Assembly (NCBI GenBank): GCA_032718475.1
Contig: JAUCBJ010003134.1
Coordinates: 1-54,787, forward strand
Reading direction: 5' to 3'
DNA: 54,787 nt
Source: Nemertoderma westbladi
Taxonomy: Eukaryota > Animalia > Xenacoelomorpha
Positions 34,530-47,801 of this stretch are shown in pieces. A model generated the notes under the pieces. The model saw only the letters and a program-made list of their open reading frames with translations. It had not been told where the DNA came from and did no database searches. Both the position numbers and the translations under genes were made by a program. How positions within the stretch are numbered: position 1 is the stretch's first letter; every line of letters starts with the position of its first letter.

Positions 34530-36190
34530 ACATCTTCCCATATTCCGATCAAACTTCCCACCTTCCTACAATCCCATGAACCTTCCCATCTTCCCACCCA
34601 GCCACCATCCCACAATCTCATCCACCTCCCCACATTTCCATCATCCTACATTCCCATCCACCTTTCCACATTCCCATCTTCTCCCATCTTCCCACATTCC
34701 CATCCACCTTCCCATCTTCCTACATTACCATCCACCTTCCCACTTTCTCATCCATCTTACCATCTTCCCACATTCCCATCCACCTTCCCACATTCCCATC
34801 TTCCTACATTCCCATCCACTTTCCCACATTCCCATCTTCCTACATTCCCATCCACCTTCCCACATTCCCATCTTTCTCACATTCCCATCTTGCCACATTC
34901 CCATTTTCCTCATTCCCACCCACCTTCCCACATTCCCATCCACCTTCCCATCTCCTCACATTCCCATCCACCTTCCCACATTCCCATCTTCCTACATTCC
35001 CATCTTCCCACAATTCCCATCCAACTTCCCACATTCCCATCTTCCTCATTCCCTCCCACTTTCCACATTCCCATCCTTCCCACATTCCCATCTTCCCACA
35101 TTCCCATCTTCCACATTCCCACACCTTCCCAACTTCCCACATTCCCGCATTCCTCATTCCCACCCACCTTCCCACATTCCCATCCACCTTCCCACATTCC
35201 CATCTTCCTACATTCCCATCCACCTTCCCATCTTCCCACATTCCCATCCACCTTCCCACATTCCCACCATCTTCCCACATTCCCATCCACCTTCCCATCA
35301 TTCCCACATTCCCCATTCCATCCATTCCCACATTCCCACCTTCCCACATTCCCATCCACCTTCCCACATTCCCATCTTCCTACATTCCCATCCACCTCCC
35401 CATCTTCCCACATTCCCATCCACCTTCCCACATTCCCATCTTCCTACATTCCCATCCACCTTCCTATCTTCCCACATTCCCATCTTCCTACATTCCCACA
35501 CACCTTCCCACATTCCCATCCACCTCCCCATTTCCCACATTCCCATCCACCTTCCCACATTCTCATCTTCCTACATTCCCACCCACCTTCCCACATTCCC
35601 ATCTTCCCACATTCCCACATTCCCATCTTCCCACATTCCCACATTCCCATCTTCCCACATTCCCGTATTCCTCATTCCCACCCACCGTCCCACATTCCCA
35701 TCTTCCTACATTCCCATCCACCTTCCTACATTCCCATCTTCCCACATTCCCATCTTCCCATCTTCCCACATTCCGATCTTCCCACATTCCCATCTTCCCA
35801 CATTCCCACATTCCCATCTTCCCACATTCCCATTTCCTACATTCCCACACTCCTTCCCACATTCCCATCCACCTTCCCACATTCCCATCCACCTTCCCAC
35901 ATTCCCATCTTCCTACATTCCCATCCACCTTCCTACATTCCCATCTTCCCACATTCCCATCTTCCCATCTTCCCACATTCCGATCTTCCCACATTCCCAT
36001 CTTCCCACATTCCCATCTTCCCACATTCCCATTTCCTACATTCCCACACACCTTCCCACATTCCCATCCACCTTCCCACATTCCCATCCACCTTGCCGCA
36101 TTCCCATCTTCCCATCCACCCACATTCCCATCTTAACCCACCAACCCACCTTCCCACCCACCCACCTTCCCTTCCCACCCATCCACCTTC
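34530..36190 (-). repeat. C-rich reverse complement of the GGGAATGT array
   Basis: ACATTCCC / ATCTTCCC / ATCCACC units; these explain the spurious H/P/S-rich ORFs. Confidence 0.95.
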
Positions 36191-36838
36191 TCACTCAACG
36201 TCCGACCGACTGATCAACAGACCATCCCCCCTCAAAAAAAGACGACTTCGCGCAGCACGTGAATACCAAAACACCCCCATGTGAAGTTTCCCAGACTGTT
36301 TGGGAAGATGGTCGAAAATACGAAGGTTGCCTAATGATAGTGAATGGGCCAAATTCCTTTTCGATGTGTTTTTTTTTCGCTGGGAATGGGAATCCTGGGA
36401 AACTTCACATGGGCGATTATACAGGTATAGGAGACATTACTGTTGAAAGCATTTGATGGTTGTGGGTTGTATATTGAACATACAGTATTGTCTTATTTTA
36501 GTACTGAACCGCTTAGAAAACAGTACGTAAATCTACTAATGATAAACGTCGTATAGGCATAGTTCTTATGGGTAGTACCTACGCGTAGTTATACGTAGCA
36601 CCTACGCGTAGTTAATGTTAAAATTCTGAAACTGGTGATATAATACACTTATGACCCAATGTTGCGAACTACGCGTAGCTACCCGTAGGCCTACGCGTAG
36701 GTCGAAAAGATTTACCCAAAATATAGATAGGTGGCAGATCTAATCTGCGGATTTTCCACCCTTTCCACTGCTCCAGCATCCTGCACAAGTCCCTGTGTCT
36801 TTCTTCTTCAATCATGTGAATTCATGTGGGGTTATAGA

Positions 36839-37757
36839 CAGGGCCGTATTTAGGGGGGGGGGGGGGGGGGCGAAGGGGCCGAGGCCACAGGCCACAGGCC
36901 CCAGGCCCCAGGCCACAGGCCCCAGGCCCCCCTCCACATGAGGCCCCCCACACAAACCCACAACTATAGTGATCACCGAACTGTAGAGGAGCCAAACCAA
37001 AACCGAACTGAAACAGAACATAGCAATTTTTAATTTTGCCAGTTATTTTTCCCAAAATAAATGAAAAACAAAAACAAAAAGTTCGTGTGAAAAACAGTAA
37101 ATATTTTTGTATATTTTGTATATTGTATATATATAAATATATATATATTGTATATTTTTGTATTTTTTTCACATCCGAATTTGGCATTTTTTGATCAGAT
37201 ATTTTTATACTGATATAAACAGGAACATGGTTCAAATTTCTAATTTCCAAGTCTAATATATAGGGATGTGAGTTTTCCTGAAATATGTTTTTCAAGGAAA
37301 TTTCCAGAAAAATAGATTTCATCCGTAGTTACAACCACAAGAGACAAGACAACGAACCACACTCTTGTTAGTAGTTAGAGTAAGCAGTTGTTTCTAGATT
37401 CTAGTTTTACTATATTTTTTCAGAATGTGCTAAATAAAGTAATTAATAAAATAGGAAATTTCCGGAAAATGTATAGGAAATTTCCAGAAAAATGTAAAGG
37501 AAATTCACGGAAATTTCCTAACATTTTCTGACTCATACAATATCCCTACTTTTACATTCAGGTTTATTTGAAAGGCAATAAATAGCTTGAAAAGTTAGGG
37601 TAATGAAAACGAGAGAAAATGTATCTTTCAGTATAGTATAGTCTTTGAGATTCCTCGGCGCCGTATGTGCAAAGCCCATACAGTATACAGTATAGAGCCC
37701 AGGCCCCCCACCGCTGACCCCGCCCCCAGGCCACCCCCCACTCTAAATCCGGCCCTG
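36839..37757. mobile_element. Non-autonomous hAT-like element
   Basis: TIR CAGGGCCG(T/G)ATTTAG and 8-bp TSD GTTATAGA / GTTATGGA (1 mismatch). GC-rich subterminal repeats. Confidence 0.85.
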
Positions 37758-38206
37758 GTTATGGAACAGGCAACAGGGTGCTGGCGCTGGGTGGCAGGCT
37801 TGGTACCTTTATTTCTTTTAGGGACTTTGTGTTTGTGTAGCCAGTTTGCTCAGTATTGTGCAATATTGGACAATTATGATAGTACAAGTACAGTAGGTTT
37901 GGTCCTTGGTCAGTGCTGCAGTTGGTGTGAGGGTGAACCATCCAGTAAGCTCATGTCTGCATGTTGCAGTTACAGCAGTTGTCATGACATTAAACTGTTT
38001 TTGTTTCATTTCACAGTCTGACAGTTCCCAGTCAGTCCTGCAGTCAGTTTGAGTTTGCCATTTGTGATCCTATGTCATGTATGTGCACTCTGTGATCCTG
38101 CCCTGCATTTGCCTCCTTAGGCCTACTTACTATTATTTCAGTTCAGTTCAGCTAAAGAGCTACCGGTACACCTACAGACCTAGAGGAGGCCTACAGCCTA
38201 CATGGA

Positions 38207-39175
38207 ATGGGAATGGAGCCTCCAAGACTTTCAACCGCATTAAAAGCAACGTCGGAATGCGATCCTGCTAACGATATTTACAACCAAGAGCAACACGTTT
38301 CATCCAAGTTCGCTCTCTCCCACAAACAGGATAAAAAGCGAGTTGGAACGGTCGTCCCCGAACTGCTATGGGAAGACGTAGTGCTGGGATTATCGCGGCA
38401 CATTCCGTCCGAAGAACTTAATTCCTTTACGCGGGATCTATTGCGTTGCGCTCGTGACGTCATCAACGTAGACGCGTCGCAGGAGACGGTGCACCAAGCA
38501 GCGGCGGTGTTGATAGACGAGCTTCGGACGGCGGATAAAGTTAGTTCTACAACGGTGGAACGACTACGAGAGAAACTGGGTCGGGTCTCTGTGGACGCGG
38601 TCAGTCGATTCCACAAGATGCTTAAACATCTCGAGACGAGTCTTAAAGAAGTCGGATTAGCCGACGTTGCCTTCCGCACTCGGAAGGATCCGTCCGGCAA
38701 CCGGAAGTTATTCGGACAAAAGATAAAGTTTTCATGGGAGCAGCGGGAACTCCTTCCGGATTCCGGGAGCGAGGAAGTTTCGGATCGGAAGTTCCTTCCG
38801 GACGTTGCCGACTATCTGGTCCCGGCGGAACCGGAAGTGTCCCGAAATGGCGATTCCTCTTGGCTCTACGACAGTGTTCTCGAACAGTTCGGGAACCGAG
38901 GTCTCCCCGGTATGGAACCCAATGACATCTGCACTTACCTCTTCAACCTCCTCGTTAATTCCGTGGACGACGCCGCTCTCCAGAACGAATTGTTCGAATT
39001 CCTCGGCTTCCAGAGGTTCTCTTTTATAGAGAAACTCCTCGGGAACAAAGAGTTTGTCATCCAATCCGCGTTGGATGCGCAGACAAAGTCGCAACCCGTT
39101 GCTAAGAGACCGGCGTTGGGTAGGAAGGAAGTCGGTTCCGTTTTGGGTCCCCAGAGGCCGCAATTCGGCTGCCAA
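38207..39175 (+). CDS. ASCC3: ASCC3 helicase, coding exon 1
   Basis: PRLSTALK N-terminus, LQNELFEFLG and PQFGCQ resemble animal ASCC3. Donor GTTAGT at 39176, phase 0. The start could be the ATG at 38207 or 38213. Confidence 0.88.
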
Positions 39176-39249
39176 GTTAGTTATTTTGTTATTCATTGAG
39201 ACTGCAGCATTTAATGAGTTCAGTTAGTTGGATATTTACTATTTAGTCA

Positions 39250-42200
39250 AGTTAGGTGGTTTATTAGTTAGGTTAGATGGTTTATTAGTTTGGTTAGGTG
39301 GTTTATTAGTTAGGTTAGGTGGTTTATTAGTTAGGTTAGGTGGTTTATTAGTTAGGTTAGGTGGTTTATTAGTTAGGTTAGGTGGTTTATTAGTTAGGTT
39401 AGGTGGTTTATTAGTTAGGTTAGGTGGTTTATTAGTTAGGTTAGGTGGTTTATTAGTTAGGTTAGGTGGTTTATTAGTTAGGTTAGGTGGTTTATTAGTT
39501 AGGTTAGGTGGTTTATTAGTTAGGTTAGGTGGTTTATTAGTTAGGTTAGGTGGTTTATTAGTTAGGTTAGGTGGTTTATTAGTTAGGTTAGGTGGTTTAT
39601 TAGTTAGGTTAGGTGATTTATTAGTTAGGTTAGGTGGTTTATTAGTTAGGTTAGGTAGTTTATTAGTTAGGTTAGGTTGTTTATTAGTTAGGTTAGGTGG
39701 TTTATTAGTTAGGTTAGGTGGTTTATTAGTTAGGTTAGGTGGTTTATTAGTTAGGTTAGGTGGTTTATTAGTTAGGTTAGGTGGTTTATTAAATAGGTTA
39801 GGTGGTTTATTAGTTAGGTTAGGTGGTTTATTAGTTAGGCTAGGTGGTTTATTAGTTAGGTTAGGTGGTTTATTAGTTAGGTTAGGTGGTTTATTAGTTA
39901 GGTTAGGTGGTTTATTAGTTAGGTGGTTTATTAGTTAGGTTAGGTGGTTTATTAGTTAGGTTAGGTGGTTTATTAGTTAGGTTAGGTTGTTTATTAGTTA
40001 GGTTAGGTTGTTTATTAGTTAGGTTAGGTTGTTTATTAGTTAGGTTAGGTGGTTTATTAGTTAGGTTAGGTTGTTTATTGGTTAGGTTAGGTGGTTTATT
40101 AGTTAGGTTAGGTTGTTTATTAGTTAGGTTAGGTTGTTTATTAGTTATTATTAGTTAGGCTAGGTGGTTTATTAGTTAGGTTAGGTGGTTTATTAGTTAG
40201 GTTAGGTTGTTTATTAGTTAGGTTAGGTGGTTTATTAGTTAGGTTAGGTGGTTTATTAGTTAGGTTAGGTGGTTTATTAGTTAGGTTAGGTGGTTTATTA
40301 GTTAGGTTAGGTTGTTTATTAGTTAGGTTAGGTTGTTTATTAGTTAGGTTAGGTTGTTTATTAGTTAGGTTAGGTGGTTTATTAGTTAGGTTAGGTTGTT
40401 TATTAGTTAGGTTAGGTGGTTTATTAGTTAGGTTAGGTGGTTTATTAGTTAGGTTAGGTGGTTTATTAGTTAGGTTAGGTGGTTTATTAGTTAGGTTAGG
40501 TTGTTTATTAGTTAGGTTAGGTGGTTTATTAGTTAGGTTAGGTGGTTTATTAGTTAGGTTAGGTTGTTTATTAGTTAGGTTAGGTGGTTTATTAGTTAGG
40601 TTAGGTGGTTTATTAGTTAGGTTAGGTGGTTTATTAGTTAGGTTAGGTGGTTTATTAGTTAGGTTAGGTTGTTTATTAGTTAGGTTAGGTGGTTTATTAG
40701 TTAGGTTAGGTTGTTTATTAGTTAGGTTAGGTGGTTTATTAGTTAGGTTAGGTGGTTTATTAGTTAGGTTAGGTGGTTTATTAGTTAGGTTAGGTGGTTT
40801 ATTAGTTAGGTTAGGTTGTTTATTAGTTAGGTTAGGTGGTTTATTAGTTAGGTTAGGTGGTTTATTAGTTAGGTTAGGTGGTTTATTAGTTAGGTTAGGT
40901 TGTTTATTAGTTAGGTTAGGTGGTTTATTAGTTAGGTTAGGTGGTTTATTAGTTAGGTTAGGTTGTTTATTAGTTAGGTTAGGTGGTTTATTAGTTAGGT
41001 TAGGTGGTTTATTAGTTAGGTTAGGTTGTTTATTAGTTAGGTTAGGTGGTTTATTAGTTAGGTTAGGTGGTTTATTAGTTAGGTTAGGTGGTTTATTAGT
41101 TAGGTTAGGTGGTTTATTAGTTAGGTTAGGTTGTTTATTAGTTAGGTTAGGTGGTTTATTAGTTAGGTTAGGTTGTTTATTAGTTAGGTTAGGTGGTTTA
41201 TTAGTTAGGTTAGGTGGTTTATTAGTTAGGTTAGGTGGTTTATTAGTTAGGTTAGGTGGTTTATTAGTTAGGTTAGGTTGTTTATTAGTTAGGTTAGGTG
41301 GTTTATTAGTTAGGTTAGGTGGTTTATTAGTTAGGTTAGGTGGTTTATTAGTTAGGTTAGGTGGTTTATTAGTTAGGTTAGGTTGTTTATTAGTTAGGTT
41401 AGGTTGTTTATTAGTTAGGTTAGGTTGTTTATTAGTTAGGTTAGGTGGTTTATTAGTTAGGTTAGGTTGTTTATTAGTTAGGTTAGGTGGTTTATTAGTT
41501 AGGTTAGGTGGTTTATTAGTTAGGTTAGGTGGTTTATTAGTTAGGTTAGGTGGTTTATTAGTTAGGTTAGGTTGTTTATTAGTTAGGTTAGGTGGTTTAT
41601 TAGTTAGGTTAGGTGGTTTATTAGTTAGGTTAGGTTGTTTATTAGTTAGGTTAGGTGGTTTATTAGTTAGGTTAGGTGGTTTATTAGTTAGGTTAGGTGG
41701 TTTATTAGTTAGGTTAGGTGGTTTATTAGTTAGGTTAGGTTGTTTATTAGTTAGGTTAGGTGGTTTATTAGTTAGGTTAGGTTGTTTATTAGTTAGGTTA
41801 GGTGGTTTATTAGTTAGGTTAGGTGGTTTATTAGTTAGGTTAGGTGGTTTATTAGTTAGGTTAGGTGGTTTATTAGTTAGGTTAGGTTGTTTATTAGTTA
41901 GGTTAGGTGGTTTATTAGTTAGGTTAGGTGGTTTATTAGTTAGGTTAGGTGGTTTATTAGTTAGGTTAGGTGGTTTATTAGTTAGGTTAGGTTGTTTATT
42001 AGTTAGGTTAGGTTGTTTATTAGTTAGGTTAGGTGGTTTATTAGTTAGGTTAGGTGGTTTATTAGTTAGGTTAGGTGGTTTATTAGTTAGGTTAGGTGGT
42101 TTATTAGTTAGGTTAGGTGGTTTATTAGTTAGGTTAGGTGGTTTATTAGTTAGGTTAGGTGGTTTATTAGTTAGGTTAGGTGGTTTATTAGTTAGGTTAG

Positions 42201-45200
42201 GTGATTTATTAGTTAGGTTAGGTGGTTTATTAGTTAGGTTAGGTAGTTTATTAGTTAGGTTAGGTTGTTTATTAGTTAGGTTAGGTGGTTTATTAGTTAG
42301 GTTAGGTGGTTTATTAGTTAGGTTAGGTGGTTTATTAGTTAGGTTAGGTGGTTTATTAGTTAGGTTAGGTGGTTTATTAAATAGGTTAGGTGGTTTATTA
42401 GTTAGGTTAGGTGGTTTATTAGTTAGGCTAGGTGGTTTATTAGTTAGGTTAGGTGGTTTATTAGTTAGGTTAGGTGGTTTATTAGTTAGGTTAGGTGGTT
42501 TATTAGTTAGGTGGTTTATTAGTTAGGTTAGGTGGTTTATTAGTTAGGTTAGGTGGTTTATTAGTTAGGTTAGGTTGTTTATTAGTTAGGTTAGGTTGTT
42601 TATTAGTTAGGTTAGGTTGTTTATTAGTTAGGTTAGGTGGTTTATTAGTTAGGTTAGGTTGTTTATTGGTTAGGTTAGGTGGTTTATTAGTTAGGTTAGG
42701 TTGTTTATTAGTTAGGTTAGGTTGTTTATTAGTTATTATTAGTTAGGCTAGGTGGTTTATTAGTTAGGTTAGGTGGTTTATTAGTTAGGTTAGGTTGTTT
42801 ATTAGTTAGGTTAGGTGGTTTATTAGTTAGGTTAGGTGGTTTATTAGTTAGGTTAGGTGGTTTATTAGTTAGGTTAGGTGGTTTATTAGTTAGGTTAGGT
42901 TGTTTATTAGTTAGGTTAGGTTGTTTATTAGTTAGGTTAGGTTGTTTATTAGTTAGGTTAGGTGGTTTATTAGTTAGGTTAGGTTGTTTATTAGTTAGGT
43001 TAGGTGGTTTATTAGTTAGGTTAGGTGGTTTATTAGTTAGGTTAGGTTGTTTATTAGTTAGGTTAGGTGGTTTATTAGTTAGGTTAGGTTGTTTATTAGT
43101 TAGGTTAGGTGGTTTATTAGTTAGGTTAGGTGGTTTATTAGTTAGGTTAGGTGGTTTATTAGTTAGGTTAGGTTGTTTATTAGTTAGGTTAGGTTGTTTA
43201 TTAGTTAGGTTAGGTGGTTTATTAGTTAGGTTAGGTTGTTTATTAGTTAGGTTAGGTGGTTTATTAGTTAGGTTAGGTTGTTTATTAGTTAGGTTAGGTG
43301 GTTTATTAGTTAGGTTAGGTGGTTTATTAGTTAGGTTAGGTGGTTTATTAGTTAGGTTAGGTGGTTTATTAGTTAGGTTAGGTTGTTTATTAGTTAGGTT
43401 ACGTGGTTTATTAGTTAGGTTAGGTTGTTTATTAGTTAGGTTAGGTGGTTTATTAGTTAGGTTAGGTTGTTTATTAGTTAGGTTAGGTTGTTTATTAGTT
43501 AGGTTAGGTGGTTTATTAGTTAGGTTAGGTTGTTTATTAGTTAGGTTAGGTGGTTTATTAGTTAGGTTAGGTTGTTTATTAGTTAGGTTAGGTGGTTTAT
43601 TAGTTAGGTTATGTGGTTTATTAGTAAGGTTAGGTGGTTTATTAGTTAGGTTAGGTGGTTTATTAGTTAGGTTAGGTGGTTTATTAGTTAGGTTAGGTGG
43701 TTTATTAGTTAGGTTAGGTTGTTTATTAGTTAGGTTAGGTGGTTTATTAGTTAGGTTAGGTTGTTTATTAGTTAGGTTAGGTTGTTTATTAGTTAGGTTA
43801 GGTGGTTTATTAGTTAGGTTAGGTGGTTTATTAGTTAGGTTAGGTGGTTTATTAGTTAGGTTAGGTGGTTTATTAGTTAGGTTAGGTGGTTTATTAGTTA
43901 GGTTATGTGATTTATTAGTTAGGTTAGGTGGTTTATTAGTTAGGCTAGACGGTTTATTAGTTAGGTTAGGTGGTTTATTAGTTAGGTTAGGTTGTTTATT
44001 AGTTATTATTAGTTAGGCTAGGTGGTTTATTAGTTAGGTTAGGTGGTTTATTAGTTAGGTTAGGTTGTTTATTAGTTAGGTTAGGTTGTTTATTAGTTAG
44101 GTTAGGTTGTTTATTAGTTAGGTTAGGTGGTTTATTAGTTAGGTTAGGTGGTTTATTAGTTAGGTTAGGTGGTTTATTAGTTAGGTTAGGTGGTTTATTA
44201 GTTAGGTTAGGTGGTTTATTAGTTAGGTTATGTGATTTATTAGTTAGGTTAGGTGGTTTATTAGTTAGGCTAGACGGTTTATTAGTTAGGTTAGGTGGTT
44301 TATTAGTTAGGTTAGGTTGTTTATTAGTTATTATTAGTTAGGCTAGGTGGTTTATTAGTTAGGTTAGGTGGTTTATTAGTTAGGTTATGTGATTTATTAG
44401 TTAGGTTAGGTGGTTTATTAGTTAGGCTAGACGGTTTATTAGTTAGGTTAGGTGGTTTATTAGTTAGGTTAGGTTGTTTATTAGTTATTATTAGTTAGGC
44501 TAGGTGGTTTATTAGTTAGGTTAGGTGGTTTATTAGTTAGGTTAGGTTGTTTATTAGTTAGGTTAGGTTGTTTATTAGTTAGGTTAGGTTGTTTATTAGT
44601 TAGGTTAGGTGGTTTATTAGTTAGGCTAGACGGTTTATTAGTTAGGTTAGGTGGTTTATTAGTTAGGTTAGGTGGTTTATTAGTTAGGTTAGGTGGTTTA
44701 TTAGTTAGGTTAGGTGGTTTATTAGTTAGGTTAGGTTGTTTATTAGTTAGGTTAGGTGGTTTATTAGTTAGGTTAGGTTGTTTATTAGTTAGGTTAGGTT
44801 GTTTATTAGTTAGGTTAGGTGGTTTATTAGTTAGGTTAGGTGGTTTATTAGTTAGGTTAGGTGGTTTATTAGTTAGGTTAGGTGGTTTATTAGTTAGGTT
44901 AGGTGGTTTATTAGTTAGGTTAGGTGGTTTATTAGTTAGGTTAGGTGATTTATTAGTTAGGTTAGGTGGTTTATTAGTTAGGTTAGGTGGTTTATTAGTT
45001 AGGTGGTTTAATAGTTAGGTTAGGTGGTTTATTAGTTAGGATAGGTGGTTTATTAGTTTGGTTAGGTGTTTTATTAGTTAGGTTAGGTTGTTTATTAGTT
45101 TAGTTAGGTGGTTTATTAGTTAGGCTAGGTGGTTTATTAGTTAGGTTAGGTGGTTTATTAGTTAGGTTAGGTGGTTTATTAGTTAGGTTAGGTGGTTTAT

Positions 45201-45792
45201 TAGTTAGGTGGTTTAATAGTTAGGTTAGGTGGTTTATTAGTTAGGATAGGTGGTTTATTAGTTTGGTTAGGTGTTTTATTAGTTAGGTTAGGTTGTTTAT
45301 TAGTTTGGTTAGGTGGTTTATTAGTTAGGCTAGGTGGTTTATTAGTTAGGTTAGGTGGTTTATTAGTTAGGTTAGGTGGTTTATTAGTTAGGTTAGGTGG
45401 TTTATTAGTTAGGTTAGGTGGTTTATTAGTTAGGTTAGGTGGTTTATTAGTTAGGTTAGGTGGTTTATTAGTTAGGTTAGGTTGTTTATTAGTTAGGTTA
45501 GGTTGTTTATTAGTTAGGTTAGGTGGTTTATTAATTAGGTTAGGTGGTTTATTAGTTAGGTTAGGTTGTTTATTAGTTAGGTTAGGTGGTTTATTAAATA
45601 GGTTAGGTGGTTTATTAGTTAGGTTAGGTGGTTTATTAGTTAGGTTAGGTGGTTTATTAGTTAGGTTAGGTGGTTTATTAGTTAGGTTAGGTTGTTTATT
45701 AGTTAGGTTAGGTTGTTTATTAGTTAGGTTAGGTGGTTTATTAATAGGTTAGGTGGTTTATTAGTTAGGTTAGGTGGTTTATTAGTTAGGTT
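39250..45792 (+). repeat. Intronic 21-bp satellite GGTTAGGTGGTTTATTAGTTA, about 310 copies
   Basis: Directly visible; almost no C on the + strand. Confidence 0.98.
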
Positions 45793-45978
45793 GCTGTAGG
45801 TGGTTAGCTAATTTGTTAGTAGGTTCAATAGTTTAATAAATAATTTTATTTATTTGTGTGGAATTATTTTCGCACTACCAAATTGCCAGGGCGACATATT
45901 TTCTAACTTTACATCGCAGTGCGACATTATTTCTCATTATGTTCCTACGCCATACATTTACTATATATTTCCAGTATG

Positions 45979-46135
45979 TCACCACGTCATTCTAAATATA
46001 ATCACATGACGTCATTCTAAATATAATCACCACGTCATTCTAAATATAATCACATGACGTCATTCTAAATATAATCACCACGTCATTCTAAATATAATCA
46101 CCACGCCATTCTAAATATAATCACATGACGTCATT
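45979..46135. repeat. Short tandem repeat ACGTCATTCTAAATATAATCAC(C/ATG)
   Basis: About 6 copies of alternating length. Confidence 0.85.
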
Positions 46136-46442
46136 CGATTACAAACTATTACTATTTCACAATTCTAAAACTTACAAAATTGAAATAATTCGGAATCGAA
46201 CTAACGACCTTCACATTCATAACCCGACGCTATAAAGTGTTATTTTATGAACGACGACTTATATAGTTATAGTATACTTATATAGCCTCAGGTAATTTAT
46301 CATGTTAGATTCACAATTCACAACTTTGCCTTTTTTAATTTCAGCTATTATTATTTAATATATATTATTATTTATATTTATATTGATATACAATATTATT
46401 TTATATATTTTATTATTAAAGAACTAATTTTCCCCATTTCAG

Positions 46443-47300
46443 GTAACAGTTTATTCGAAGAAAGAGAAAGCCTTACTGAAACAGATACGTAGAGACGGTA
46501 AACGGGATTGGAGGCAGTCCAAACGGGAGCCGCTCGAGTCTGGGACGGATTATATGAAGTGTACCGAGTCGCGGGTTGCGGAATCATCCCACGAGAGGCT
46601 CGGCGAGTTGGCCAAGTTGTCTACGCAACCGCTGTTCGCGGCGATTCGCGCAGCGGCCCCTAGGGAGCGCTACCCGTACGTGTTCGACAGTCTGGCCACC
46701 AAGGGGGAGACACAGCTGGTAACGGGACTGCGGGTGGTGCTACCGGAGGGAGTGGAGCGGGAGAACAACCGGGTGTTCGAGGAGCTCCGGGTCCCGGCGT
46801 TGGTCGGGGTGCCGGTGGACGTCGGGGCCGAGCTGGTGGCCGTCGCCGACCTGGACGAGGTCGGGAGACTCGCCTTCAACGGGATCAAACGACTCAACCG
46901 GATCCAATCGGTTGTCTTCGAGACGGCGTATCGTAGCAACGAGAATCTCCTAGTCTCGGCGCCGACCGGGGCCGGTAAGACGAACGTCGCGCTGCTCGCC
47001 GTCGTCGCCGAGGTTACTAAGCACATCGTCTCCGGAGTCCTCCGACGGGACGAATTCAAGGTGGTCTACATCGCGCCGATGAAGGCCCTGGCCGCGGAGA
47101 TGACGCGCAGTTTCGGGGGCCGGTTGAAGGCTCTGGGGGTTTCCGTGCGGGAACTCACCGGCGATATGCAGCTGAGTAAACAGGAGATCCTGCAGACCCA
47201 GATGTTGGTGACGACCCCCGAGAAGTGGGACGTTGTTACACGGAAGGCCACAGGCGATGTGGCACTCGCGCAGTTGGTTAAACTCCTAATTATAGACGAG
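46443..47300 (+). CDS. ASCC3: ASCC3 coding exon 2 (helicase cassette 1: Q motif, Walker A, start of DEVH)
   Basis: Acceptor CCCCATTTCAG, then VTVYSKKEKALLKQ...LNRIQS...APTGAGKT...TTPEKWD...LIIDE. Donor GT at 47301. Confidence 0.95.
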
Positions 47301-47801
47301 GTACAATATCATATAATATATATAAAGTTATATATAATATCTAATATGTTATATCATTTTTTATTGTTTTTTTTAACAGGGGGGGGGGGGGGGGGGGGGG
47401 GAACTGGACGCAATAAAAATTCATCCTTCTCCAGGGGAAATTCGGCGCAAATAACAGCTGATTACACTCAAAAATAAAACTGTAACCTGTACTATTGTGA
47501 ATAGTTTATTGTTTTGGTTAAAATAACCTGCCACTGTAACCTGCTCCTTTCCCTAAATCGAGAATTTAACATTGAGGCGGGATATTAATTCGCCGAGATG
47601 GGATTTGCGTCCAGTCCCCCCACCCCTTTCTCTTTTTTAATGTGTTTCATTGAAGAAGTCAATTCAATGTACCACCGACCTTGAAACAATTGCTAGAAGG
47701 GTGTTGCTGAATTTATAAAAATATTTTACTAAAAGTCAACCGAAATCGATCTTTCTGACACAATACTTCTATTGACCGAATTTAATTTGATCCGAGAGAT
47801 T

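Noticed and set aside
34467-36284. 605-aa and 545-aa His/Pro/Ser-rich ORFs
   Set aside because: Reverse complement of the same simple repeat; overlapping frames are all open.
36210-36370. KKRRLRAAREYQN...EWAKFLF faintly resembling a Tc1 transposase segment
   Set aside because: Too short, with no DDE domain or TIRs nearby.
36570-36705. Repeated palindromic CTACGCGTAG motifs
   Set aside because: Probably a small repeat remnant; I could not define boundaries, TIRs or a TSD.
39228-39938. 236-aa (LVRLGGL)n leucine-repeat ORF
   Set aside because: Translation of the intronic 21-bp satellite.
39250-45792. True telomere or chromosome end
   Set aside because: The array is internal, lies between in-phase exons, and has a 21-bp unit rather than pure TTAGG.
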